From the NCBI GenBank assembly GCA_963810095.1, contig CAWEMM010000006.1:1120001-1184000 (forward strand): a stretch of 64,000 bases of DNA, written 5' to 3'. The notes beneath the pieces are model-generated. The model did not search any database. It saw only the letters and a list, made by a program, of their open reading frames with translations, and had not been told where the DNA came from. Positions 10,170-19,985 of this stretch are shown here, piece by piece (positions within the stretch are counted from its first letter, which is position 1; every line of letters begins with the position of its first letter). Source of the stretch: an uncultured Chloroflexia bacterium. Lineage in GTDB: Bacteria; Chloroflexota; Anaerolineae; CG2-30-64-16. A program made the translations under genes and the position numbers.

Positions 10170-13100
10170 TCAGCGCATTTCCGGCGTGAATTCAGCTACA
10201 ACACCGCTGATCACGAACGGAAGGTAGATACGCGGCCCCTGAAGCCCGAAACGCAGATCAAGCAGGGCGTTCGGTGCAGCGTAGATGCTATAGCTGTCGG
10301 GCGGCTGCGGTTGGCGCCAGCCGTTCGTGTGGCCAAGCTGGATCGTCCACACGCCAGGGGTCAGCGTGTAGATGGTGTACTTGCCGCCCTGGTCCGTCAA
10401 GACGCGCTGCTCGGCGCCCGCCGTGGTGGTCTCTGGCAGCGCGACGACCTCAATCCCGGCCAGCCCGCGCTCGCCCGGGTCATCCAGGCCATTGCCGTTC
10501 GCATCCTCAAACACCCGCCCGGTGATGCGGCCCATGCTCGGGTCACGAGTGGGCGTAGGCGTTGCCGTGGGCACGGGTGTCGGGGTGTACGTCGCGGTCG
10601 CGGTGGGCGTCGGCGACGGCCCCGGTGTATGGGTCGCAGTCGGCGTCTGGAGGGACGCAAGCGCGGCGTCGGCACGCACGGATACGTTGGCGCCGATGAT
10701 GAGGCCCAGGGGATTGCCCGTCAACGCCTCCATGCCGGCCGGCACGACGAATTCCACGCTGACGAGCCCGGGCTGCACCGTAGCAAATGCATAGTTGCCC
10801 TGGTCGTCGGTCCGCGTCCCGACCACGGCCCCGGCTTCCGGGACGAGCCAGATGGACACACCCCTGATGCCCGGCTCGCCCGCATCCCAGCGCGCGTTCC
10901 GATTCAGGTCGCTGAAGACGAGCCCCGTGATCTTGCCCGTCGTCGGGGTGGCCGTGGCGGTGCTCGTCGGAGACGCGGTGGCCGTCGGCGTCGCAGTCGG
11001 CGTCGCGGTGTCCGTGGGCGTCGCGCTCGGCGTCGAAGTCCGGGTTGGCTCGGGGGCGACCGGGGTGAGCGGCGCACCCGCGTAGTGCCACACCCGCCCG
11101 CTCCACTCGACCACGAAAACGTCGTCCATACCGAAAACGTACACGTCCATCAACTCGCTGCTGGCCGGGTTCTGCATTTCAGTCCAGTCCGCGCCGTTGG
11201 TGGTCCGGTAGACGACGCCACTGCCGCGGCAGGCGCCGGCCGCGCTGTCAAAGTTGGAGCAGCCGACCGCGTAGCCGTGCGTGGCGTCGAGCATGCGCAC
11301 CCGGTTGAAGGCCACCCGGGACGGGATGTTGACATTCTGCGTGGACCAGGTCTGGCCGCCGTCGGTCGTCTTGCGCAGCTCGCCCAGCGTGCCGGCCACC
11401 CAACACGTGTTAGCGTCCGTGCACGACACGCCGTTGAACGTTGCGCCGTCCGAGCCGACCGAGTGCCGCACCCACGTCACGCCGTCGTCCGTGGAGGAGA
11501 GCAGCGCGTCCTGGCTTCCGGCGGCGAAGCAGACGCCCGGCAGCGGGCACGCCAAATCGTTCTGGTCGGTACCGTAGCCCGTGCTCACCTTACCGAACGA
11601 CGTGCCGTTGGTCGACCGGAGCAGGTTGCCCTTGCTGGTGCCCACCAGCACATGTTCGTCGGTGCCGGTCCATTTGGTCGAAACCATGAAGGTCTGAAGG
11701 CCACTCGTGTTGTTGGCGAGATACCAGGTCGATCCGCCATCGTAGGTGTGCAGAACGGTGCCGTTTCTGCCCGCAATCCAGCAGCGCACGCCAGACTTGC
11801 AGTCGAGGCCCGCAAACCACGGCGCCTGGCCCACGTCCGTGCGGGTCCACGAGAGCCCGCCGTCCTTTGTCTTCAGGAACGTGCCGATGCCGGTGGTCGA
11901 GCCCCAGTCCGCGCCCCCGACGACGTACCCCGTGTTACGGTCCGTGAAATGGATGTCGCGCAAGTAGGTACTGCTGCCCTCGTACGCCTTCTCCCATCCG
12001 CTAACCACCGTAATGGGCGTCGGCGTGAAGGTGGCGGTCGCCGTGGCAGTCGGCGTCTGGGTCGGGGTATCGGTGTAAGTCGGCGTTGCGGTGGGCGTGT
12101 CGGTTGGCGTCGGCGTCGGCGTCGCCAGCGTGTGGAGCGCAAACGACAGCTCTGTCAGGGTATCGGCCGTGACGGTCGCCGGCGCCGGATTTGCCGGTGA
12201 AATCAACTCGCTGTCGGCCGGCACGGCGATCCCGACCTTCCAGTCGCCCGGCGACAAGATGTAGAAGCCGTAATGCCCGTTCTCGTCACTCGTCGCCTGG
12301 CTCATCTCCTCGTCGTTCACCGTCAGCAGGCGAAGTGCGATCCCCGGGCGCCCGGGTTCGCCCTCCTGCCGCACCCCGTCCTTGTTCAGGTCCTCGAACA
12401 CATCGCCCGCGATCATGCCGCTTCCTGTCACGGCGGTGGGCGTCCACGTGGGGGTCGAGGTAGGGGTGGGCGTCGACGTCGACGTAGAGGTCGGCGTGTG
12501 GGTGGGCGTGTTGGTGTAGGTCGGCGTTGCCGTTGCGGTTGCCGTCGGGGTGTTGGTCGCGGCCGGCGACGCGGCATAGTGCCAAATCTTGCCGGCGAAG
12601 TCGACGACGTAGTAGTCGTCCATGCTGAAGGCCCAGACATCCATGAAGTCTTTGGCCGCCGGCGCGTTGCTGACCCGGTTCCAGGTGGCGCCGTCGTCGG
12701 TGCGGTAGATCATGCCCTTGCCCAGGCAGGTATCGGTGTTGGCCGTGTCTACGTTGTCGCAGCCGACCGCATAACCGTGGCTGCTGTCCACCATCGCAAC
12801 ATCCCAGAACATGGAGGTGTTCGTCAAGCCGTTGATGGTGTTGGCGGTCCAACCTGCGCCGCTGTTCTTCGTCGACATGATGTAGGGGCCGGGGCCCTTG
12901 CCCGATACCCAGCAGGTGGCGTTGGACGTGCACGAAAGGCCGTACCAACGATAGGCGCCGGGCGAGGTCTGTGCCCAGGTCTGGCCGTCTGTGTCGCTGC
13001 GCCAGACGGCGTTCTTGCCCGCGCTGTAGCAGTAGCCTGCCGAGGGACACTCGATATCGTACTGCACGTAGCACATGTACTGGCCCGTCGCGGTGACGGC

Positions 13101-13733
13101 GGTGAAGTTCTGGCCGTTGGTCGAGCGGAGCCAGTTCGCGGTGTTGCCGGCCGACGTCGCGTCGTAGCAGGTGGTGCCCGAAAGGATAGTCGTGCCACTC
13201 CGAGTCCAGCCGGCCGACCACAGGAACTTGGTGTAGCCCGAGTTGTTGGTGAAGTTGGTCCAGGTGGCGCCGCCGTCGGTGGTCCGCTTGATCCGCATAG
13301 AGTCGTTACCCGCAACCCAGCAGTTGTTGGCATCCGTACACGTCAGGCCGCGGCCCCAGCCGCCCGTGTTCGGGATGTTGGCGGTGGTCCAGGTCTTGCC
13401 GCCGTCGGTGGTCTTGCTGATCGCGACCGGCGAGCCGTGGTCGTTGGCCGCGTTCCAGTCGGTGCCGCCCGCCACGTAACCCACGGCTTTCGAGGGAAAA
13501 TAGATGGTGTAGTAATAGACACCCGCCGGCGCCTGGTGGACCATCGTCCACGTGCCCTCAGGTGCCGTCGCCTGCTGCGGCGCACCAGTTGCGCGCACCG
13601 CACTCGCCAAGGGAGCAGCGTCGCCCCGCGCCGAGGCGACGGCGGAAAGGCCGGCCAGCAAGGCTGCGACTATGAACGGGATTACAAAAACCGCCCGGGG
13701 AAAGCGGGGACGGGTAGCGCCAGGTGCGCGCAT
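10170..13733 (-). CDS. secreted surface protein: two Cys-rich YCF48/BNR-like beta-propellers, Thr/Pro linkers, three SdrD-B-like domains
   Basis: GGAGGAG RBS, signal peptide, repeated T.DGG.TW Asp-boxes, three G.VF.D.N.[DN] domains, C-terminal RIYLPFVISG. Confidence 0.85.
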   Translation of the reverse strand: MRAPGATRPRFPRAVFVIPFIVAALLAGLSAVASARGDAAPLASAVRATGAPQQATAPEGTWTMVHQAPAGVYYYTIYFPSKAVGYVAGGTDWNAANDHGSPVAISKTTDGGKTWTTANIPNTGGWGRGLTCTDANNCWVAGNDSMRIKRTTDGGATWTNFTNNSGYTKFLWSAGWTRSGTTILSGTTCYDATSAGNTANWLRSTNGQNFTAVTATGQYMCYVQYDIECPSAGYCYSAGKNAVWRSDTDGQTWAQTSPGAYRWYGLSCTSNATCWVSGKGPGPYIMSTKNSGAGWTANTINGLTNTSMFWDVAMVDSSHGYAVGCDNVDTANTDTCLGKGMIYRTDDGATWNRVSNAPAAKDFMDVWAFSMDDYYVVDFAGKIWHYAASPAATNTPTATATATPTYTNTPTHTPTSTSTSTPTPTSTPTWTPTAVTGSGMIAGDVFEDLNKDGVRQEGEPGRPGIALRLLTVNDEEMSQATSDENGHYGFYILSPGDWKVGIAVPADSELISPANPAPATVTADTLTELSFALHTLATPTPTPTDTPTATPTYTDTPTQTPTATATATFTPTPITVVSGWEKAYEGSSTYLRDIHFTDRNTGYVVGGADWGSTTGIGTFLKTKDGGLSWTRTDVGQAPWFAGLDCKSGVRCWIAGRNGTVLHTYDGGSTWYLANNTSGLQTFMVSTKWTGTDEHVLVGTSKGNLLRSTNGTSFGKVSTGYGTDQNDLACPLPGVCFAAGSQDALLSSTDDGVTWVRHSVGSDGATFNGVSCTDANTCWVAGTLGELRKTTDGGQTWSTQNVNIPSRVAFNRVRMLDATHGYAVGCSNFDSAAGACRGSGVVYRTTNGADWTEMQNPASSELMDVYVFGMDDVFVVEWSGRVWHYAGAPLTPVAPEPTRTSTPSATPTDTATPTATPTATASPTSTATATPTTGKITGLVFSDLNRNARWDAGEPGIRGVSIWLVPEAGAVVGTRTDDQGNYAFATVQPGLVSVEFVVPAGMEALTGNPLGLIIGANVSVRADAALASLQTPTATHTPGPSPTPTATATYTPTPVPTATPTPTRDPSMGRITGRVFEDANGNGLDDPGERGLAGIEVVALPETTTAGAEQRVLTDQGGKYTIYTLTPGVWTIQLGHTNGWRQPQPPDSYSIYAAPNALLDLRFGLQGPRIYLPFVISGVVAEFTPEMR

Positions 13734-13764
13734 AGGACTCCTCCGCGTGTGTATGGTCGACGCG

Positions 13765-13821
13765 ATTATGGCAAGGGGGCATGAACGGACGATGAACGGG
13801 CGGGTCTGGGGATCGTGAACG
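13765..13821 (-). promoter_or_regulatory. extended -10 (TGcCATAAT) with 11-bp-spaced GTTCA[TC] direct repeats over the -35 region
   Basis: + strand ATGAACGG at 13781 and 13792, GTGAACG at 13815. -10 at 13765-13770. Confidence 0.5.
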
Positions 13822-13832
13822 TTTCTTCACGT

Positions 13833-13862
13833 GGTGAGGGCGGGCCGCGGCCCGCCCTCACC
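13833..13862. terminator. perfect 30-bp palindrome/hairpin after the 462-aa gene
   Basis: GGTGAGGGCGGGCCGCGGCCCGCCCTCACC is its own reverse complement. No U-tract, so it may be a stability hairpin. Confidence 0.55.
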
Positions 13863-13868
13863 CTGGCC

Positions 13869-15257
13869 CTACTGCATCAGAATGGGCAGGTAGAGGCGAA
13901 CAATCCGCTGCGTGGGCGTGCTGGTGACCGTCGGGGTCGCAGTCGGCTCGGGCGTGGTGGTCGCAGTCGGCGTTTCGGTCGGCGTCGCGGTCGGCGTCTC
14001 CGTCAAAGTCGGGGTGGCCGTCGGCGTTTCCGTCTCGGTGGCGGTCGACGTCGGGGTCGCGGTCGGCGTCTCCGTCGCCGCGGACGGGACGGCGCCGTGC
14101 CAGATCTTGCCCGCGAAGTCGACGATGTAGATGTCGTCCATGCTGAAGGCCCAGATATCCATGTAGTCCTTCGCGGCGGGGACGTTGGTCACCGGGTTCC
14201 AGGTGGTGCCGTCCTCGGTCTTGTACAGGACGCCCTTGCCCTCGCAGCGATCCGTGCTCATATTCGGGACCGTCTGCTGGGCGCTGCAGCCGACCGCATA
14301 ACCATGTTTGGGATCGACCATCGCGACATCCCAGAATTGTCCCGTGCTTCCCAGGCCGTTGACCGTGTTCGCGTACCAGTTGGCCCCGCTGTTAGTGGTC
14401 GACTTGATGAACGGGGTGTGCCCGGTGATCCAGCAGGTGTTGTTGGAAGTGCACGATGCGCCGTACCACTGCAGTGCGCCCGGCGAGGTCTGAGCCCAGT
14501 TCTGGCCGCCGTTCTGGCTGCGCCAGACGTAGGTCTTGCCGACGCTGTAGCAGTAGTTCGCAGACGGGCACTCGATGTCGTACTGCACGTAACACATATA
14601 GGTGCCCGGGGTGCCGGGTTCACTGCCCGCGGGCGGGGGCAGCGCCAGCACGCCGCTGAACGTCTGGCCGTTGGTCGAGCGCAGCCAGTTCGCCGTCGCG
14701 CCCTTGCCCTCCACCGGATCGGGGTCGTAGCAGGTGGTGCCGGAGAGGATCGTGGTGCCGCTCTTCGTCCACCCCGCCGACCACAGCCACTTGTCATATC
14801 CCGAGTAGTTCGTAAAGGGCGTCCAGGTGCTGCCCGCATCCGTGGTCCGCAGCAGGCGGATCGAGTTGTTGCCCGTCACCCAGCAGTTGTTGGCGTCGGT
14901 GCACGTGAGGCCGCGCGCCCAGCCGTCGGTGCCGGGAATCGTCGAGGGGGTCCAGGTCTTGCCGCCGTCGGTGGTCTTGGCAATCGCGATCGGCGAACCG
15001 TGACCGTTGCTGGTGTTGTTCCAGTCCGGGCCGCCCGTCACGTACCCGACATCTGGTGTGGGGAAGTAGATGGTGTAGTAATACACACCCGCCGGCGCCT
15101 GGTGCACCAGCGTCCAGGTCAGATCGCCGGCCGCGGCCGGCGCTGCGGGCGAGGCGACGGGCCCCGCCCCGTTGCTTGCAAATACGCCGACCGCCGGGAT
15201 GGCCAGCGCGGCAATGATCAAGACCGCAAAGACAACGCGGCCCTTTCCTCGAAACAT
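13869..15257 (-). CDS. secreted Cys-rich YCF48/BNR-like beta-propeller protein with Thr/Pro/Glu tail
   Basis: Signal peptide, GGAGG RBS, close paralog of the N-terminal propeller of 10170..13733. Ends RIVRLYLPILMQ*. Confidence 0.85.
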   Translation of the reverse strand: MFRGKGRVVFAVLIIAALAIPAVGVFASNGAGPVASPAAPAAAGDLTWTLVHQAPAGVYYYTIYFPTPDVGYVTGGPDWNNTSNGHGSPIAIAKTTDGGKTWTPSTIPGTDGWARGLTCTDANNCWVTGNNSIRLLRTTDAGSTWTPFTNYSGYDKWLWSAGWTKSGTTILSGTTCYDPDPVEGKGATANWLRSTNGQTFSGVLALPPPAGSEPGTPGTYMCYVQYDIECPSANYCYSVGKTYVWRSQNGGQNWAQTSPGALQWYGASCTSNNTCWITGHTPFIKSTTNSGANWYANTVNGLGSTGQFWDVAMVDPKHGYAVGCSAQQTVPNMSTDRCEGKGVLYKTEDGTTWNPVTNVPAAKDYMDIWAFSMDDIYIVDFAGKIWHGAVPSAATETPTATPTSTATETETPTATPTLTETPTATPTETPTATTTPEPTATPTVTSTPTQRIVRLYLPILMQ

Positions 15258-15329
15258 GGTGCTTCCTCCAAATGGGGTTATCGGGGTGCGGCGTGCGGCC
15301 TTGGGCCGCGCGCCGCACCCCTGGAAAGA

Positions 15330-15990
15330 CTACGGCCTGTGGCCGATGAATTTGGCGGGCACGCCGGCCGCGATGCTGTTTTCGGGCACGTCACGGGTGA
15401 CGACTGCGCCCGCGCCGATCACGGCACCCGCGCCAATGGTCACGCCGTCCAGGACGATCACGCCATAACCCAGCCATGCGCCGTCGCCGATCACGATGTC
15501 GCCGCGGGTGTGAAGCGGCTGTTTCGTAATCGGCCGGCCCCGCCGCAATGCCATGCTCGTAGGGGTAAAACGCGCAGGCGGGCGCAATCTGCACGTCGCG
15601 GCCGATCCTGATCGCACCCACATACGCGGTGAACTGGCAATTCGGCTGCACGTGTGTGTTCGGTCCGATCTCGACGCAGCCGCCCTGGCCCAACTCGATG
15701 ATCGTGCCCTTGTACAGGTGCACCCCGTCGCCCAACACGAGCTGCCCGCCGTCGCCCCGATCGAACACCACGACCTCGTCGTCCACGTAACAGTGGTTGC
15801 CGAGGCGGAGGTCGCGGCAGGTAATCTGTGCGCGCGGCGAGACATATCCCCGCCGGTTCATCTGTGCCAGCGCCCGCTTGCCCTTATAGCTGGCCGCACC
15901 CAGCGATGCCAGCCGCGTGGCCAGCCTGCCGCCGCGGCTCAGCCCACCCCGCGCCAACCAGAATTCGATCCAGCGTCTATGCAGCGACAC
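15330..15990 (-). CDS. hexapeptide-repeat (left-handed beta-helix) acyltransferase; frameshift near 15540
   Basis: GTG start after GGAGGAGG. IRIGRDVQIAP...IVIGDGAWLGYGVIVLDGVTIGAGAVIGAGAVVTRDVP...AGVPAK. Confidence 0.85.
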
Positions 15991-16007
15991 CGCGGGCCTC
16001 CTCCCGG

Positions 16008-18345
16008 TCAACCACGTCCTGCCTCGGGCGTCTGCTTGCGATACCACTCGACTGATTCTGCAAACGCCGAGCGGAGATCCGACTGTGGCATTCCGAGCTG
16101 CGCGACCGCCTTCGCCGGGTTCGCGGCCAGGCTGTCGAGGAGGCCGGTGCTGGCGGGCGCCCGGGGGCCGGGCACCGCGGGGGCCGGTGACCAGGCGCAG
16201 AAATGCGGCCTCGTCCAAATTGCCCTGACAGTGCCCCAAAATATAGGTCTCGCCCGCCGCGCCACGCTCGGCCGCCAGGAGATGGCCGGCCGCGATGTCG
16301 ACCACCGGCGCGTGGTTGATCCCTCCGGGCGGATAGGGCAGCGGCGTGCCTTGCAGCGCGGCCAGGATGCGCCTGCCGCTCGCGGTGGGCCGCCGGTCGC
16401 CCGCGCCAACGGGCGCCGTGGGCTTCACCACCACGACCTCGATCCCCGCGTCGCTCCAACTGCGCGCCAGCAACTCGCCCAGGTACTTGCTCCGCACGTA
16501 GTGGCTCGACTGGTCCCACAGGTTGAAAGGAGTGCTTTCGTCAGGCAGGGCGGGCGCGGGCGTCCTGCCGACCGTCCCAATCGTGCTGGTGTGGATGAAG
16601 CGGCCGACTCCCGCCTCCACGCACGCGGCGAGCAAAGCGCCGGTCGCACGCACGTTTACGGCAGTCATCTCGGCGGCGCGGTCCGGGCCGGCATAGAGCG
16701 CAGCGACATGGAAGCAGGCGCGGCATCCTACCAGCGCGTCCCGCCAGCCTGCCGGTGCGGCCAGGTCGCCCGGTACGATCGTGACGGACGGCAGGTCCGC
16801 CAGCATCCCCGGGTCGCTGCCCGGTCGCAGAAGCGCCAGCACGTCGGCCCCCGCCTCGATGAGGGCGCGGGCCACGTATCCGCCGATGAAGCCGCTGCCA
16901 CCGGTTAAGAAAACGCGTGATCCTGCGAGGGGATACGGCCGCGCCTGCTCGGCGAGGGGAACACCCCGCTCGCTCGCATCTGCGCCACGGGGGCGGGCCG
17001 GCGTCGGGACCTTATCGCTTTGAGCGCGCGCGCCGGACAAGGTCCGCTTCGCCCGGCTCAGCGCACGACGATACAGCGGCGGTGCGGGCCGGTTCGCCGT
17101 GCGCAAGCCCTCGAGCAGGGCAGCCGAGACAGGTTGGCTCGGCCCGTCAAGCGCAAGGCCCGAAAAACTACGGTATGCGTTGGCGTCGATCTGTGCGGAG
17201 GCCGGGAGGCGGCCGAGCGCCACCCGGGTCTGCTCGATCGACGCGGCAGACTGGCCCGGCAACCCGGCCATGACGAAGACGCGGCAGCGCAGCTCGAGCT
17301 CACGACACCACTCGGCAACCCGCTGCACCTGCGCCAGGTAGCCGGCCGCAGCACTGCTGTCGCGGACCCGGCCGAGCTGCGCCAGGAACGCGCCGTCGCC
17401 GCTCTCCATGCCGATCTTGACCGTCGTGCAGCCCGCGCGCTTCATCAGGGCCAGCAGCCCACGGTCGAAATGCTCGGGCCGCGACTCGCACTCCCAGGGC
17501 GCTGCCCGTCCGTGCGGCGGCGCCATCCGGCGCAACAGCCCTTCGCAGAGGGCCGCCACCCGTTCCCGGTCCTGGGCAAAGACGACATCGCGAAGGACCA
17601 GTCGCGGGAGACCCACGTCGCTTGCCAGCCAGACCCACTCGGCGAGCGTTCGGTCCACCGACTGGCTGCGGGTGACCAGGCCCTGGGCCGGCGCGTACGC
17701 GCAGAAACGGCACCCGGCACCACAGCCGCGGCTCGAAAGCAGCGTCGCCATGCCATACGGCTGCCAGGGAACCGCGTCCCAGGCCGGGAACGCGGTTCCG
17801 TCCAGGTCGGCCATCAGGTTCCCGGGCAGGTAAGCATCCGGCGCCAGCTCGCCCGCAGCCAGGTTCCCGCGGGCCCCGTCCAGCACTGCGTCGAGCGCGG
17901 CGGGCAATGCCAGCTCGGGTTCGCCCAGCAGCACGGCATCGGCAAGGCCCTCCTCGACCCAGCCCGCACTTGCCAGGTGCGCGGACGGACCGGTGAGAAG
18001 CAGCTTGGGTGCGCGGCGGCCACGGTACAGCGCGCGCAACAGGCGCAGAAAGTTCAGGTCCGCTTCGGCCGTACCCACCGAGACATGGATCACCAGGATG
18101 CTGCCCGGCGTCCCGACGACTTGCCGGGCGAAGGGCGCGGGCAGGCTCCTGGCGCCGTCCAGGCAAATCGCTTCATAGCCGGCCGCCCGTGCTTCAGCCA
18201 GGCACGCGGCAATCAGGTGTGGCGGGTAGGCAAAGCCGCCGCTCCCGGGGAGCAGCCCGCCCATCCCCGAGGTGGCCTCGTGGTTGGCCGTCATGTCGGG
18301 CAGGGGCGGAGCATTGACGAAGACCAGGCGGGTCGTTTCGGTCAT
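16008..18345 (-). CDS. B12-binding-type radical SAM enzyme fused in frame to an HpnA-like NAD-dependent epimerase/dehydratase; frameshift near 16150
   Basis: SSRGCGAGCRFC, GEPE, KIGMESG, then VFLTGGSGFIG, FHVAALY, YVRSK, PTAPVGAGDRRPT. C-terminus ...SVEWYRKQ in ORF 16008..16409. Confidence 0.75.
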
Positions 18346-19985
18346 GGGCTATCGACGAAGCGGTAAAGCAGCGCAGCCTGCGACCCCGTGCCGAAGGCGC
18401 GCACGTACGCGACCTCTTGGGGTGCGGTGGCGGGATCACTCAGCCCGGCATACTGGGGGCGCAGCCGGTTCAGCTCGGACAGGCTGACGAGGAGCAGAGA
18501 TGCGTGGCGCGCCCTGCCGTACTCGACCAGTTCATCCCAAGTCGCGTTCGGCGCGGCCACGACAGGTCGCCCCGCGTACAGGGCAACTTCTGTGTTCCGC
18601 GTCATCAGGACCGTATCGGGGGCGGTGTTTGCGGCCAGCCATTCTCCCGCGGCCAGATTGGCCCAGGGCATGGCGGCGGCGCCGCTGGCAAGCTGCTGTG
18701 GGGCCGCTATCACCGCCAGCACGAGGACCGCGCCTACCGTCAGGGTGGCCGCGAAGCGCGGGGCCCTCCGCGGGGCTTTCGGCCAGGCGGTCAGAAGAGA
18801 TTCGCCGGCCCATGTCGCGAGGTGAGTCAGCCCGGCCGCGGCCCACAGCATCCCGACGGGCAGCGCGCCCACGAGGAACCGGCTGATGACGAAAAAGGCC
18901 CAGAACGATGCCAGCGGCACGAGCGTTGCGACGAGCAGCGCCTCGCCCTTCCAGCGCGATGGCGACCACCCCCGGCCGAACAAGCCGAGCGCGGCCAGCG
19001 CCACGATGGCGGGGGTGAAAAGATCCTCGGCGAACAGCGCGTGGACCGTGCGGCGGATGTTCGCCAGCACATCACGCGCGAAACCCCCCGGATCGGCCGC
19101 CACCGCATCGCTCAGGCTTTTCTCGAAGCGATCGGGCGAGAGCCACATGATCTCGCTGCCTGCCGAGTCGAGGCGCGACACGGCCCGGTCGTGCGCGGCC
19201 TGGTCATTCGCCAGGTACGCGGGCGCAATGTCGAGGATGAGGCCGACCTTGCCGCTCAGCAGCCAGTGTCCCGTGGCCGAGTGGAGGTAAATCACGTAAG
19301 GGCTGATCACGAGGAGGCACGCGGCGACGGAGAGCGCCAGCCGGCCCACCGCACGGGGCAGGGCGAGGCGGTGCCTGAGCACGAAGGAGAACGTCCACCC
19401 GGCCATGAAGAGACCGAGCACGGCAAAATAGGTCAGTCCCTCGGGGCGCACGAGATAGGACAGGCCGAACCACACCCCGACCGCCGCGTACCAGAGCGTC
19501 CGCCGCCGTTCCTGCTGTCCGTAGACCGCCCGGTATACCGCCCACACCCCGCTGAAGACAAACAGCAGGAAGGGCGATTCCGTCATCGTGCTCCAGAGGT
19601 AGGGCCACGCGGCCAGCGCGGGGTAGACCGCAACCAGGCCGGCTGCGATAAATCCGGTCCGCCGGCCGTAGATGGCCCGGCCCAAGAGAAAGATCGGGAT
19701 GCAAAGGAGCGCGCCGGTCACGATGTGGATCGCTGCGGTGGCCCAGGCCGGCGCGAGGCCCAGCTTGAGCAAGGCAGCTGAGACGAGCGGCAGGAAGGGC
19801 GGCAGGTGCACGTCCAGGGTGCCCGCCAGCTCGGAATAGCCGCGGCCCCCCACGAGATGGCTCGCGACGAGCAAGTGCCCCGCTTCATCCCAGCGCACCA
19901 CGCGCGGGGTCAGCCCGTAGGCCAGCCGCAGCAAGGCCGCGGCGCCCACGATCAACCAGAGCGCAAGCCTGTCGCGGCGGCTCAT
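18342..19985 (-). CDS. GT-C membrane glycosyltransferase (GT39/ArnT/PMT-like)
   Basis: RWDE after TM1, HLPP, TESPF, LSYLVRPEG, many TM helices, small C-terminal soluble domain. Confidence 0.85.
   Translation of the reverse strand: MSRRDRLALWLIVGAAALLRLAYGLTPRVVRWDEAGHLLVASHLVGGRGYSELAGTLDVHLPPFLPLVSAALLKLGLAPAWATAAIHIVTGALLCIPIFLLGRAIYGRRTGFIAAGLVAVYPALAAWPYLWSTMTESPFLLFVFSGVWAVYRAVYGQQERRRTLWYAAVGVWFGLSYLVRPEGLTYFAVLGLFMAGWTFSFVLRHRLALPRAVGRLALSVAACLLVISPYVIYLHSATGHWLLSGKVGLILDIAPAYLANDQAAHDRAVSRLDSAGSEIMWLSPDRFEKSLSDAVAADPGGFARDVLANIRRTVHALFAEDLFTPAIVALAALGLFGRGWSPSRWKGEALLVATLVPLASFWAFFVISRFLVGALPVGMLWAAAGLTHLATWAGESLLTAWPKAPRRAPRFAATLTVGAVLVLAVIAAPQQLASGAAAMPWANLAAGEWLAANTAPDTVLMTRNTEVALYAGRPVVAAPNATWDELVEYGRARHASLLLVSLSELNRLRPQYAGLSDPATAPQEVAYVRAFGTGSQAALLYRFVDSP

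Noticed and set aside
10540-14080. Repetitive GTCGGCGT/GGTGGGCGT tracts resembling a repeat array
   Set aside because: They encode Thr-Pro-Ala linkers and have no repeat-spacer structure, so they are not CRISPR.
15391-16150. Three-way radical SAM-SDR-acyltransferase fusion (984 aa)
   Set aside because: The SDR C-terminus lies in another frame ending at 16008, and the acyltransferase has its own GGAGGAGG RBS and GTG start.
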